Assembly: GCA_951406725.2 (NCBI GenBank)
Contig: OX597818.1
Span: 82,770,001 to 82,834,000 of the forward strand
DNA: 64,000 nucleotides
DNA from: Octopus vulgaris
Lineage: Eukaryota
Reading direction: 5' to 3'
The translations under genes were made by a program, and so were the position numbers. The notes beneath the pieces are model-generated. The model saw only the letters and a list, made by a program, of their open reading frames with translations, was not told the origin of the DNA and did no database searches. Below, piece after piece: positions 1-14,924 of this stretch; within the stretch, counting starts at the first letter, position 1, and each line of letters starts with the position of its first letter.

Positions 1-379
1 CACATTCTCACTGTATAGTCACCTAGCTTGTAAGTAGATACATCTTGTCACTAACGTTCTCATTCTCTTCAATTGTATTTCCTGCATCGAGGCAAAACAT
101 GTTGATATAATTAATATTGTTAACGAGAGTAGCAGCCTAACCTGTAACTTGGTATTGCATGGTAGTACACTATTTTGTTGTTATTGTGCTTGCTTTTTTA
201 TGTTGTTATTGCTGTTGTTGTTGACATTTAGCCTTCAGTCATCGCTTATCGAACAGAATTATGATCAACGTCATTCAAACAGTGACCTTGGCTGGATAAA
301 ATCCCGCGAAGAAGCTAATGTAAGCAGTTATAGTGGCAATATATTTATTCTGAAAACAATTATGGCGAACTGCTTTGCA

Positions 380-1200
380 GTTACTTAAGAAATACACCGG
401 TTGTGGGCTTTCTTGAGTCGGCAACATTGATTGAAATTGCCGATTCGCAAATTCCATTCACGATTCAATCACGACATTTCGGTAAGCCTAAATGACGGAA
501 TCAACACTCCAGTAGACATTCATTCCGACATATGAATTGCATTTGGCGTTAGAATCAACTTCATACACGCATCAGTGCTTACTTCTTCTATACTTCTAGA
601 AACTTCTATGTTGTAGTACAGTATTGTGATTTATAGAGGAAGATAGATGTTTTATTGTGTTACGAGTTTTATATTCTCTAAGTGATCAACATTGGTCGCC
701 TTTTGCTGATAAACAACCTTGTGGCCTACAGACATATCGGTTGTAACAACAGTCGGTGTATACAAAGTGCAGTTACGTCAAGAATCACATGATAACAACA
801 TATCCGCAGTTGGCTGAATTGCTCCGTTCTTTAAGATCTTCATTCCTATCGTAAATGTTATTATAAGATTTCAGTTTATTTAATGTCGCGTTCGCATTTC
901 TTTGGATCTGTAAACTTTTGTATGTGTTCGTTTTTTAACCTCTAAATGTAATACGGCTTTTTAAATTCCAACGACTTTCGTCGTATCATCAGATCACTCG
1001 CTCTATGGTTGGGTAGCTATAATTTACCAACGTCGGGCTGGTACATGTGGGGAGGCAGTGACACAGTCGTTATCGCTCGCCAGCGAAGAACCTTGAAAGA
1101 AAATACTGTGTACCTCCCAAATTTTTTCCGTGTTAACGCCATCGTGGTATACATTTTGATATTGCTATTCGTATCTTTGACATAACGCCATGCAATTGCG
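380..1200 (-). mobile_element. Possible highly decayed Penelope-like element remnant
   Basis: Minus-strand translation gives CVYEVDSNAKCNSYVGM (~520-570, GIY-YIG-like) and AWRYVKDT (~1170-1195, resembles the PLE RT motif WxRYVDDT) in the expected order. Many stops. Confidence 0.3.
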
Positions 1201-2403
1201 CATGGATGTTACTCTTCATCTCTATCCGATTCATATTTGATACTTAACCTCAAAAATCCCACTTGCTCTAAATTAACGTACCATTATTAGAACTGAAGTC
1301 CTTACGGTTGAATTGCGAAATATTTGTGAATCCTAGAAACTGTCCCCGCTCCCACTACGTAAAACGATTTAAATATATATGTTAGTAGAATGGTCAACAG
1401 TTTAGAGTAAGCACTTGTGTGCTGCGACCGCTACTGTACTCCATCTCTGAAAGCATCATTTGGTGTCTCAACAAGATGTGAGAAGCTCTGTAGATGTTTC
1501 AACATCTTTGACTTCGAGGCCAGAGCTGTCTGGGTCACCAATCGATGACATCGACAAAACGTCCGCACAACAGTACTGAGTTTTGTTGAATAAGAGGCTG
1601 CGTCTCTGTGTTGGATGTTTCTATCATCCTCAATGCTGCTCATGCTGTACCACTCGTCGTCTCTCTTGAGCCAGATTTCGCTCATTTGGGTTTGCTTTCT
1701 CAGCAGCTTCCGACAATTTTCTAACAAAAACGTTTCTCTCATTGGCAGCTAGTCGAAGCCTTTTAAGCAACGAGTAAATCATGGTTCAAACAAATCCTCT
1801 AACACATAGTTCTAAAGAAAGGCTTACTGAATTCTAACCAACGTTTTCTCAGGGAAGAAAGAAAAAAGACCCGAGGAATTGATAATATAATTCCTATTAG
1901 GACAAGTCAAATTTATAAAGTGGGTTTATAATTCTTCCCGATATTTAGGGTTAGAAAACATTTATGTCATTCATGTGTACTTTGTGAGTGAAATGTATTT
2001 GTGAGTTAATAGTGAAGTGGGGGAAATTTCTAACCATTAAATTTCCCGTTGTTTTCATAATACATCGCATTTATTGAACTTAGATATTACGGTATGTTTT
2101 TATTCTTTATTTTACGCTAATTTCAAGCACTGGACTACAGCCATATAGAAGGGTTCCGCCTTGATGTATTTTTGTCGAATAAATCCACTCCGCTACTTAA
2201 TTTTAATTTGGTACCTATGTTTGGGCTCCTCTGCCGCTAAGTTGCGCGAGCATGACAAATGAAAACTGGTTTTCAAGGGTCGGTGGGGGTCAGACACTCA
2301 GACAAAGGCATATGCCCATACGTATATGTATATATATATATATATATATGTGTGTGTATGTGCCTGTGTGTGTATGCGTATATATATATATACATATATA
2401 TAT

Positions 2404-2603
2404 AGGGAGAGTTTACGAAAAAAACAAAAGACCAAGACAGCTGGTGTACAAAACAAACAGATGTATTAGTATAATGCTCAGGAATAGAAAGTATTTTACG
2501 TTTCGAGCCTACGCTCTTCTACAGAAAGGGACACAGAAAAAACAAACAAGGAGAGAAACAAGGAGAGAAAAAAAATGTGCGTAGTGGCTAACGACCTATC
2601 ATG
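2404..2603 (-). mobile_element. Short HHR-bearing element, family H2
   Basis: Similar to 62697-62882 (same strand) and 21596-21826 (opposite strand). 3' end abuts (TA)n. Confidence 0.75.
2494..2528 (-). ncRNA. Minimal type I hammerhead-like motif, CUGUAGA core
   Basis: Reverse complement reads ttt-CTGTAGA-A-GAGC-gtag-GCTC-GAAA-cg-TA-aaa. Confidence 0.55.
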
Positions 2604-3377
2604 TATATATGAGTGTGTGCAGTACTGCGTCTACGGATGCAGGATTTGATGTCTCAACAGGAGATGAGCAGCTCTGTTACTGTTTCGGCCGCTTTCACTT
2701 CGACACCAATTTCACTTCAAACACATTGGTCAGCCCTAGGCTTATAGTTGAAGGCACTTCCCCGAAGTGCTGTCGCACAATGAGACTGAACCCAAAACTA
2801 TGTGGTTGCAAGGAAACCTCTTAACCTAAACACTTGCCTTCACCTATTCTATGAAATCTTCGGCGAATACATTCTTGTCTGTGATATTTCCGTATCAGAC
2901 AGAGATAGGCTATTAGTTTAAATGAAAGGTTGTTATTATATATGAGACAATGAGTAAATACGGGGTATTACAAATTGCAATGGTCTCATTGCTGCTCAAG
3001 ACAGACTTTACGACTTCACTCAAGATCCAAGATTCCTCTTTAAGAGACTACATTTCATTTTAAACACCTGATGTAAGCTTCTTAAAAAGTCATAAAGATA
3101 CACTGCCGGATTTGCAACGATGTAGCTATCGCTCTGTTTATGCCATATCACTCCATAATCAACTTTTTCGATAGTGCTTCACAACGACGAGAAATACTTC
3201 ATCGTTTAAATGTTGAGCAACTGCTCTAATAACCAGCATAATACGATATAAGCTATGTGAGGCATCTTCTCGGGTCACACATACACAATATAATGAACAC
3301 ACATACACGTACACACACACATAATATCAACTCACATATACATACACACATATATGCTGATATACATTCATAAAAAC

Positions 3378-3434
<57 letters not shown>

Positions 3435-4009
3435 TATATTCCTACACATATATATATCTGTATATCTGCTGATAATGGATTGTTTCATTTCTCGAATAAA
3501 TGATGTATATGATTATGTAGGTGAAGTTATGTACACACGTGAAGGTAAATGTGTTGCGCTATGCAATTCTATAGTTCTTAAATAATATATATTTATCTAC
3601 CTATGCACAGTTATCGATATACGTTTATTAATTGGCTCTACAGGCTTATACTTACATATTTATTTCATATACACACACATGCACAAGCAGAAGCATACAC
3701 CGCAAACACAAAGACAAGCATGAATACGCACACGTTTATAGATGTACGTATGTGTATGTGTAATCATATGTTTATTTGTGTATGTGTGTAGTTATATAAT
3801 TATAAGCGATTCTGTATACGCATGTACGTCTGCTTGTATGTATACAGAAATAGACAGAGATCGAAAACGAGAGATATAATTATGTATTCGAACATGCATA
3901 CAATCTATTGATCATAATATTCTACGCCCACCGTTTACTTCCTAATTATTATAATCACAATCATCACCCTCATCAGCATCATCACCGAGACCATTAGCGG
4001 ATATACAAA

Positions 4010-4283
<274 letters not shown>

Positions 4284-4612
4284 CACAGTATCATTAAACA
4301 CCCATTAACATAGAAATTGAAAATTCTGAGAAAGATTTCTAGCTTCCACGTATTTCGAAATGTCAGGGCAAAATGAAAAACCTCCATCGAAGCAAAAACA
4401 ACAATACCTACAACAAACAGACCAACAAATATTATACACAAGGTATAAAAGAAGATTATTGATTGGCTAACGAGACCGTATCTTCGTATTATACATAATA
4501 ATATACGTTTCTGAATCGATGAAATTAATAAAAATGGATCTTCGTCAGTTTCGACTATGATTATTCACGTTTACCAAAACATTATATTCTTAGACGCTTA
4601 TAATTATAAGCA

Positions 4613-5036
4613 CAGGCGTGGCTGTGCTGTAAAATGTTTGCGTCCCAAACACGTGGTTGCGGGTTCAGTCCCACTGCGTGGCACTTTGGGCACGTACCTT
4701 CTACTATACACTTGAGCCGACCAAAGCCCTGTGAGTGACAAAAACTGAAAGAAGTCCGTCGTATGTATATGCGATAGTGTACTGAAAAGTTCCTTGCTTT
4801 AAAGAATATATTGTATAATACCATGATTAATTTATCATATTGTACTTTTTGTACACGCGCGCTTGAAAACTGGTGCTGGTAACTGATAAGTTACTGGTAA
4901 CTGATAAGTTACGTATCTGTAACTTATCAGTTCGGCAAAAAGAAACTGATGCTATAAGTACCAGGCTTAAGGAAAAAAGTCCTGCGTCGATTAATTTGAC
5001 TAAGATTATTCATGGCTGTGCCCCACAGTGGCCGCA
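4613..5036 (+). mobile_element. Diverged SINE family A copy with internal insertion
   Basis: Head ggcgtggctgtgctgtaa...ggttcagtcccactgcgtggcac and tail ttcggcaaaaagaaactgat...gtggccgcag match the family. ~4770-4910 is unrelated sequence. Confidence 0.65.
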
Positions 5037-5563
5037 GATTCGTACTTTAGATGTGTTTGAGTATTCTGCGACTATGTGATCTGTTAACGTATTTATTAAC
5101 AAAGACAGCGCGACAGTGAGTGTTTGTGGCAAAGGGTAACGCTTTGAATAACAAGTTCAGTATAGCCAATGGCTATTCTCAGTTTTACGTCAGTTCAATT
5201 TTACTTACAAAACTGGGCTGGCCCTTAGCTGTGCTAAGCTGTACTTGCCAAAGAAGCAGCAAGTTGGAATCGAACCTACGGATCGGGATAACGAAGCAAG
5301 CATCCTTAAAGCTCCGGCATGACTACGTGTGCTTTTTATACATACACGCATATGTGCACAATTACACGCTCTCTCTTTCGCTGTTTCTCTGTCATACACA
5401 GAGGCTTGTATACGCATATGTGTAATATATACATATGTGCGTGCGTTAAATGTATACATGTATATGTATAGAATACATCAGTTGATGTAAATAATATGTA
5501 TAAGATGTCCATATGTTTATATATATATGTGTGCGTGTATGAGCATTTGTGTGTACATATATA

Positions 5564-5617
<54 letters not shown>

Positions 5618-5744
5618 CATTGATACGTATATTTATTCTGTGTATGTATATTTTGTATATGATATATTTTAATGATTATAAAATCATACACATACACACA
5701 CACATATATATATATATACTTACACACGCACATACACATACACT

Positions 5745-5791
<47 letters not shown>

Positions 5792-6503
5792 GTACATATT
5801 TATATGGATACTTAAATCCCATAATGCGTGTCGATACATGTGCATACATACGTTCTTCCATAGACAAGCAGCGAAAAAAAAAAAAATAAAATGAAATATA
5901 ACCTGTACATCCCCCCACCAAAAAAACAAAACAAAACAAAAAAGCAAACAAATGGAACAAATCAAAGAACAAAAACCCAAACTAATGAAAACAAAAATCA
6001 AATCGAAAAAACAAAATCACTAGTCCTACTCGTTGCGATACTCATCTATGATATACCTATATATAAACATAGAGTGAACGCTGGAAAACATTTAGCTTGA
6101 GATTTTAATGTTAAATTCATCCGCAATTACATACTTTGCGTATGCATCTCTATTTGATTTAACATTCTTTTTCTTTTTCTATTTATCTATCTTACATTTC
6201 TGTCATTTATTATATACCTTGATATATTTATTTTACTATTTCATCATTTGTTATCTTACGTTTATCATTTACCCATTATCTCTAAAATCGCCATCTTTCA
6301 TTCATTTACATCTCTCATATCATCAAACTTTCTACGCCCCATCGATCTGTTTCATTTTGTAAAAGATCAAAGATAAATCTTTAAATCACTGTATTTTTGT
6401 TGGTAGTCAGTAAAGAGTGGTGGGTGTATAAAATGCTGGTGGAATAATATCTTCATGTATACCCACCAACCTACCGATCTAGATAAGAAAATATATTTAT
6501 ATT

Positions 6504-6754
<251 letters not shown>

Positions 6755-7137
6755 TGTTTTTTGTAAATTTCAAGTTTTAAATGTTATTCCTGTTGGGTGT
6801 GTATGTTTTTTTTTAAAGAATATATATATTCATATTTACTTACTGATTTATCACTGCACTCATACACTCTCATCCTCACACACTTATATACACATGCACA
6901 TGTACACACTGACGCACAAACGAAAGTACAATGACGTATGCGAGTGTGTATATATGTGTTTTTGTTTTCAAAGTATGAATTCATATATATACATTCAGTC
7001 ACATATGAATGCATATGTCTATAGTTTTTGTGTGCCTGTGTGTGGTGTGTGAGTCTTTCTTTGGTCTGTATATATATATCTGTATCAAACTTAATATTTT
7101 TAAACGAGTTTATGATCACACACATATGTATATTTAC

Positions 7138-7178
<41 letters not shown>

Positions 7179-7829
7179 GATGTGTAGCCACATATGTGGC
7201 TGCATGTGTGTGTACTTATGGGAGTATTTCTCTGTGTGTGCATGTATACATGAGCGTGCTTATGCACTCATGTATACTTAGATTCAGTGTTTCTTTTCGT
7301 TCGCCGAAAGGGAATATGTAACGAATGTTATGCAATTCCAATATTGAAAAAGACAAACATTATAATTCTTACAACAGATATAATATTTGAATTCTTTTTT
7401 ACTTGCCACCAAACAGCTTATTCGTCAAAACTTACTCAACATAATTGATTGAAGTGATATTTAGGAAGAGCTATGAGCAAACGCAAGACATCATTTTTTA
7501 AAAAATTACTTTGGAAAATACTAGTAATTCTACATATTAATTCGAGTATATAGTAAATGGTTATATATTTTTTAAGTATTAATACTAAGGTAGATTAAAA
7601 GCAGCACATAAGTTTCGTAAGTTAAATATTCCTAGCGTGTTCTCTGTACATAATAGAATAAATGAATATGTTTCCATAGAGTTAGTTCAATCAACTGAAC
7701 TTTACCCCTATACTTTATCTCATAGGGTAAAAAAATCTTTATTAGGGACTGAAGTATTGGTTCAGAATAGAATTCTGTATTCTTTACTAAACGTGAATAT
7801 CCTAAAAGCAAGCGTAATAGAATTTATGC

Positions 7830-8205
7830 TTTCAGTATTCTTATTTCTTTATTGCCTCACAAGGGACTAAACATAGAGTGGACAAAAAAGGACAGACAGA
7901 GGGATTAAGTCGATTACATCGACTCCAGTGCGTAACTGGTACTTATTTTATCGACCCCGAAAGGATGAAAGGCAAAGTCGACCACGGAGGAATATGAACT
8001 CAGAACGTAAACACAGAAAAAAAAACCGCTAAGTATTTTTTGCTCGGCGTACCACCTCGCGCTTTCTGTAATATTTTTTCTACTACAGGTACAAGGCCTA
8101 GGATTCGTGGGGAGCGGGATAGTCGATCACATTGACTCCTGTACTTAACTGGTACTTAATTATCGATCCCGAAAGGATGCAAAGCAAAGTTGACCTCGGC
8201 AGAAA
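7830..8205 (-). mobile_element. SINE family B, two adjacent copies
   Basis: The block tcgaccccgaaaggatgaaaggcaaagtcgacc occurs at ~7950, with a variant at ~8160. Confidence 0.8.
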
Positions 8206-8879
8206 TTCTGTAATGTGCTTTATTATACTTTATCGTATATATATATAATCAAGTTCTTATTTCTATGTAATTTGATGGCATTTAAACGCAGAAAAATGTC
8301 TCAAAATACTAACTGTAAATTCTCAAAAATATTTATCCAGAGTATGCGCTGGAGAAATTGGCGTGTGACTATTAAGCCTGTGTGTCTTTTATGCCACCAA
8401 ATGCGCTAACTAAAAAAACCTTTAGCTTGTTTCAGTTTCGTTTGTAGAATATCTTCCGCCTCTCCTTTCGTCTTTATATGAATTTTTTGTCCCAACACAC
8501 ATATCTTTGTGAAACTTAGGTTTAAGTTTTATTGTATCTTATTGTACCTCGTTAAGCTCTTATCTCTTATAAATAAAAGAAAATATTCTTATTAATCTAT
8601 CACATGCCACAGAATAGTACAAACAGATATCCGTGTATCATAGTGGGGGAAAGAGATTTGACATCGGTATTCGTACGTAGATATGTTTTATGGACGTGCG
8701 GTGTTTAAAAACACCTTATATATCGGACACAAACAAGAACCGTTCCAGTAACGGTTTGTAAGGATGCTGCACACGCCTTTCCGCTTTGTTATGTGCTGTC
8801 AGTAACATGAGCACTCAGCTAACCGCATGCCAACAGTGAAATCTGTAACCACCGATATAGGCAAATAGTGAAAGCTATC

Positions 8880-8901
8880 ATCACCCACATCGTCGTCGTC
8901 G

Positions 8902-8937
<36 letters not shown>

Positions 8938-9064
8938 GCATCATCATCATCATCATCATCATCATCATTATATCAAAATCATTATCGTCGTCATCACCAT
9001 CATCGTCATCATCATCATCATCATCATCATCATCTTCATATCAAAATCATTATCGTCGTCGTCG

Positions 9065-9096
<32 letters not shown>

Positions 9097-9282
9097 GTCA
9101 TCATCATCATCATTATATCAAAATCATTATCGTCGTCATCACCATCATCGTCGTCATCATTATCATCATCATCATCATCATCATCATCATATCAAAATCA
9201 TTATCGTCGTCATCATCATCATCATCATCAAAATCATCACCGTCCTCGTCGTCATCACCATCACCGTCGCCGTTGTCATCGT

Positions 9283-9314
<32 letters not shown>

Positions 9315-9500
9315 TCATCATCGTCGTCGTCGTCATTACCCTCATCGTCCTCGTTGTGATCATCTTCATAATCATCATCATCATCACCACCACCACCATC
9401 ATCATCATCATCATTAACAAAATCATGATGGTCGTCGTCGCCATCACCGTCATCGTTGTCGTTGTAATCATCATCATCGTCGTCGTCGACGACATTGTCA
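8880..9500. repeat. (CAT/CGT)n array with higher-order ~70-77 nt period
   Basis: The motif atatcaaaatcattatcgtcgtc recurs at ~8970, 9038, 9115 and 9189. Confidence 0.9.
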
Positions 9501-9756
9501 TCCCCATCGCCATGAAGCTCATCAAACACCACTCATTTTGAATGACTTAACTCGCTATTCCTGCAATATTTCCCTCTTACCTGCAAATGTGAAATATGCC
9601 ACACAATATTGACATCTGGAACTAGCTGGACGGGAACCATTGACGGATTGGTTGGCTATTGACATGGTCCAAAAGGATTCATATGATATGAACCATTGAA
9701 CACTAAACCATCCATCAACCACGCAGAATCAGTTTTCTAAGTCAATATTACATAAC

Positions 9757-10082
9757 AGAGTAGCACTCCGTCGCTTGCGACGACGAGGGTCCCAGCTGAA
9801 ACAATCAACGGAACAGCTTGCACGTAAAATTAACATGCAAGTGACTGAGCACTTCACAAACACGTGTGCCCTTAACGTAGTTCTTGGGGATATTCAGCGT
9901 GGCACAGTGTGTGACAAAGCTGGCCCTTTGAAATACAGGTACTACTCATTTTTGCCAGCTGAGTGGATTGGAGCAACGTAAATTAAAGTGTCTTGCTCAA
10001 AGACTTAACGCGCCGCCGGGAATTGAACTCACGACCCTACGATCATGAACCGAATGCCCCTAACCATAAAGCCACGCGCCTT
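9757..10082 (-). mobile_element. tRNA-headed SINE (family D, CORE-like middle)
   Basis: Reverse complement has an A box (tggctttatgg), a B box (gagttcaatt) and ttgagcaagacacttt...tccactcagctg. Confidence 0.75.
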
Positions 10083-10199
10083 CACACAATACATAATACT
10101 AACGTGACAACAAATGTATTTGCTACGAACATGACAATTATAACTAATAGCAAAATTGCATTGGCAGCAAGGGTAGAGGGTGTTGACGAAGATAATGTT

Positions 10200-10522
10200 C
10201 CTGATGCCAGCGTTGTTGATGATGCTAGTGATGATGATAATGAGGGTGAAGACAATGATGATGATGATGATGATGAAAAGAAGAAGGATAACAGAGAGGA
10301 CGGCAGCGATTATGATCACGATGATGGTGGTGATGATCAGGATTTGCATGATGGCAAACTTAGTGATGGTGATGATGATGATGATGATGATGATTATGTT
10401 TAAGATGATTGAGACAATGAGGACGATGCAGGTAATCGTAATGATAAATAGGTGGAGTGCAATAATGATAATGATGCTGTTGAAGGTCATGAAATGTGTG
10501 GCGACAAAGACGACGTCAATGG

Positions 10523-10553
<31 letters not shown>

Positions 10554-10852
10554 AAGCGTAATGGTGTGGATGATGATGATGATGATGATGATGAAAAAGA
10601 ATATATGATGATGAAGATGATTATGGTGTTGACGTAGATGAATGTGGTAAAGACTACGACGATGAAGAAGATGATAATAACGACGATGACGGGGAAGAAG
10701 AAAGAAATGATATTGATGATGATGATGAGTATGATGATGACAACGACAACGATGATGATAATGATGAAGAGGAAGTTGATAACGTTGATGATGATGATGA
10801 TGATGATGATGGCGACGGATGACAACGACGACGACGATGATGATGACGCTGG

Positions 10853-10906
<54 letters not shown>

Positions 10907-10930
10907 GGATGAGGAAGATGATGATGATAG
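10200..10930. repeat. Degenerate (GAT)n array
   Basis: Directly visible. Confidence 0.92.
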
Positions 10931-11038
10931 GTATTAATAACTGATGAATCATTACGAAACCAATTACGCAACGTGTCCAATACCACAATCTTCAACAAGC
11001 TATCAACAACAGCTACATGCTAATGCATTTAAATAGTC

Positions 11039-11337
11039 ACACACACACACACACACATACGCACGCACACACACACGCACAACCGCACACACACAGGTTC
11101 ACACACACGCACATACGCACACATACACAACTGCACACACACACATGCACAAAAATACAAACACACAACCGCACGCACACACACACATGCACACTCATAC
11201 ACACACAAGTTCACATACACACGCGCACGCATACACACACACGCATACGCATGCACACACACAAAGGCGCGCACACATACACACGCACACTCATATATAT
11301 ACACACCCACAGGCACACTCATACATAAACACACACG
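11039..11337. repeat. Degenerate (CA)n array
   Basis: Directly visible. Confidence 0.92.
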
Positions 11338-11519
11338 TATTTTTACTAACATGTGGTTTTGTCATGTGACACTAATTGGTAACAAGAGCGAAAACGGAGA
11401 CAGATAAAAAAAAATGAATAAAAAACAGAAAATTTGAAATAGTAATATGAAAACATGTAAATTTAATATTTGGTAAAATACCAATCACAACAATAACAGC
11501 TTTGGGGATGATGGCGGCA

Positions 11520-11976
11520 ACGACAATGATGTTTACTATGATGATGGTGAAAGATGAATGATGATGATGGTGATGATGATGATGATGATGATGATGGTGA
11601 TGATGATGTTGGTCGCGGTGAAGGTGTTAACCGTTGTGGTTTCAGAATAGATGGTCGTACACGCAGTAACGTGGTGTTGATGGACGTGATGATGATGATA
11701 ATAATGATGATGATGATCATAATGGTGATGATTATGATGATGATAATGATGATGACGAGAACGAAGATTGCTAAGTTGTAGCGGTGTTAGTGATGATGGT
11801 CTCACTATTAAGATGATGATGACGATGACGTAGGTGACGTTTGTACTTGATGACGAAGGTGATGGTGATAGTGATGATAATGATGATGATAATGACGAGG
11901 ATATGATGATGATGATGATGATGATGACAATGATGATGTTAATAGTGATAATGACGATGACGATAATGATGATGAT
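11520..11976. repeat. Degenerate (GAT)n array
   Basis: Directly visible. Confidence 0.9.
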
Positions 11977-13939
11977 TTCTAAATTATGGGAGTGAGATGC
12001 AAGTATCGACTTTAGTACTTCACCACTCCACTCGTACCTTACTATTTTGTGAAGCATGGAAAAAAGAAATACATGGAAAAATTAAATACGGTAAAAATAA
12101 AACGAAATAGATTATTATTCGTACATTATTATTCAAAATCTGAACGTAAAACTCCTGCAACTATACATTAGACATAATTTCGTTGTCCAATAATTCATAT
12201 AAGAAAGGATGGGCGGTGAGACAAGAACGAACATTGAGGATGTTACAAACATCTGGTTCAGAGTCACAACGTCTGACTCAACAAAGCTCGCGGTATCGTG
12301 TGGGTGTTTTTATCCCCTGCATCGGTGGGTGGTCTGGAACAGCTCTGTTGTTGAATTGGAGGGGGCCGAAACACTTACAGAGCTGCTTCACCGTCTAATG
12401 AGACATGGACTGATGCATTCGAAGACAGAACACAGCTCCACCCTCAGCACGCAAGTGCTTACCTAAAATGTTAGCCGTACAGGCCACCTTTGGTTAATGG
12501 TGTCAATCGTTTCCAATTTAGCGTTGAAACCAACAACTGTGGAAAAGAGGGCAAGCCAATTACATCAGCTCTACTATTTCATTGGTATTTTCTTTTATCG
12601 CTCCAAGCAAGCTGGAAGGCAAATTTAACCTCCGAGTAATTTGAACTGAAACTTAGAAAGTTGAAACGAATACGACAAAGTGGTTTTCTTCCGAAGCTCT
12701 TTCCATTGTGTTTTTGCTAATCCACCAGCCATTACATTATAAATATATATAACAGGAAGAATGGGGTGAAATAGTTGGTCTTCTGTTGCCGTGTAGCTCC
12801 GAGCTGATTAGACCCAGTTTAACTAAGAATATATATCTAATTTGTGTACCGCAGAAAAATACTTGATCCACATGTATAGTCACTACGTAATTAATTGCAC
12901 GACGAGAAATAGCAGATAAATTCCTATCAAATGACATCATGGTAAAATTACATTTTGAAATAGGGGAGGTATAATGGATGGATAATGTACGTAACGGTTG
13001 AGGAAAGGTTGGGATGGCCTTAGTTGGAATGTATCTGGTGAGGTCTCATTTAGGGTTATAAACAATACCATAATCAGTCAAGCCAATGTAGGAAATCCTA
13101 CTAGTTTGTACAAATTCCTAGAAACAGCAACCAAAATTATCCCAAATCACGCCCTATCATTTCAAATAAAGAAAAATATATATTGTGTAATGCAGGTTTA
13201 AAGACAACTAAATTAGGGGGTGGGCATGTAGGAACGATTTTGCTCAGGGCTTACATAGGATTAAATAACAACAACCAAAAGAACGTAATTAGGTTATTCA
13301 GCCTAGGGTTATTTTGGTTAAACACACTTGTGCTCAATGCCTTTTCAGCCACGACCTTTCTCCTATATACACTAAAATCCAGAACCCCACTAACCAGCAT
13401 ATCTACTTTAAAGAAATCTAGAGGTAGAGAGAATTAAATGCCGTGGGTAGCAGATGGTGCAACCACGAAGTCCCTCCCGTTGGTTCACTTGACAGCTTTA
13501 AAAAATGGGGCAGTTAGGTGAGTTCGAACCAAGGCCGGTACAGTTGATATACTAGAAAGTTGCAGCCTAACAGAAGTTCATATTTTTACAATCTTCATAT
13601 AATAGGTTCGCAAGTGGCGTGTAGAAGAAAACAATCACACCATATTCGGAATGAGACTGTTGGGGGCAAAGGTTTGGACGCTTACCATTTGGTACAGCTG
13701 CGTGGACATCCAGCCTGGTTTAGCGACCGTAACGTTTGGCGCTGGATGTAAACATACATATACGCACACGTTCACACACTCACATACACACAAGGGTGCA
13801 GAAACATACACATAGAGATAAAATATTGACAGAGACGGAGAGAGACATTACATTCTATTGATTGAACAATTGACATAAACACTTTGCCTCTCCCCGTACA
13901 CAAAGGGAATATATGCTCACACACACACACGCCCATAAA

Positions 13940-13995
<56 letters not shown>

Positions 13996-14554
13996 GAGAG
14001 AGATCACATCAACTGATGTCAAACAGGTTAGCGTCGAATCAGCGACGCCAAAACGTCTCATAGCCAATCATGTTGCGTTTACACTGTCTGTTACATCTTT
14101 TGGTATATGCTAGTTGTTGCAGTAGTTATCCTTAAATCAAGGATCACTTCTAATATGCTAGCTTGCGTCACTTTTCATATATTGTCGTTCCTTTTAGTTT
14201 TGATATGTCATGGTGTGGTTAAGAAGCTCATTTTGCAATCACGTGGCTTCGAATACAGTCCCACTATGCGGTACCTTGGTCAAGTGTCTTCTATTATGGC
14301 TTGGAACCGACCAATATCTTGTGAATGAATTTAATACAGGGAAATTGAGTGGGATCCCGATGATTATATATATATATATATACGTTTATGTATTTGTTTT
14401 GCAAGATTCTTAATGTGAAATCGTGTGTTGAATTAGATGTTGTTGTATTTAGGAATGGTCATGTTGCCAGTTTAACCAATAAAATCACATGCACTATATA
14501 TTTGGTGTTAATTTGCTTCAGCTTTATTTATTTTTTACATTAATCTTAATCTTA

Positions 14555-14597
14555 TTTCGGCCAGAGTTCTTTCGTTATACTTCTGTGACCTCATCAG
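14555..14597 (-). ncRNA. Degenerate hammerhead-like motif
   Basis: Reverse complement reads CTGATGA-GGTCA...TGGCC-GAAA. Stems I and III are not recoverable. Confidence 0.35.
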
Positions 14598-14924
14598 TAG
14601 TCCTTTGCTTTCTTCTTTCTTATTTGTGTGTCTCTCCTTACTAACGGTCAACCGTATCGTATTTTGTATTCTTATTGTATGTGTCTTTATTTGCGCATGC
14701 GTATACCTCTATGAGTCTCTATGTTTAGTTAGTGTGTGTGGTGGGGAGTGCCTGTATTATCTGTATCTCCTGTTTATACACTTTCGTGTAATTTGATGTC
14801 TGAGTAGAAATAGCCTGAGCGCAGTCTACTGCAAGTGGTGGAAATCATTATAGGCATGTTAGCTAAACTTGAAAAGTACAATGCGCCAAATGGCCTGATG
14901 TCTGAATAAGTCTGAATTTATGTC

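Larger units (their letters stand above)
2130..2830 (-). mobile_element. Old SINE family A copy split by an insertion in its internal TA/CA tract
   Basis: 3' half at ~2130-2300 and 5' half at ~2690-2830 match the reverse complement of full copies such as 23607-24025. Confidence 0.6.

Noticed and set aside
1431-1742. 103-aa minus-strand ORF
   Set aside because: No recognisable domain. Likely decayed mobile-element or random sequence.
10029-10988. 319-aa minus-strand ORF, the longest in the track
   Set aside because: Lies almost entirely in a degenerate (GAT)n array and has no domain signal.
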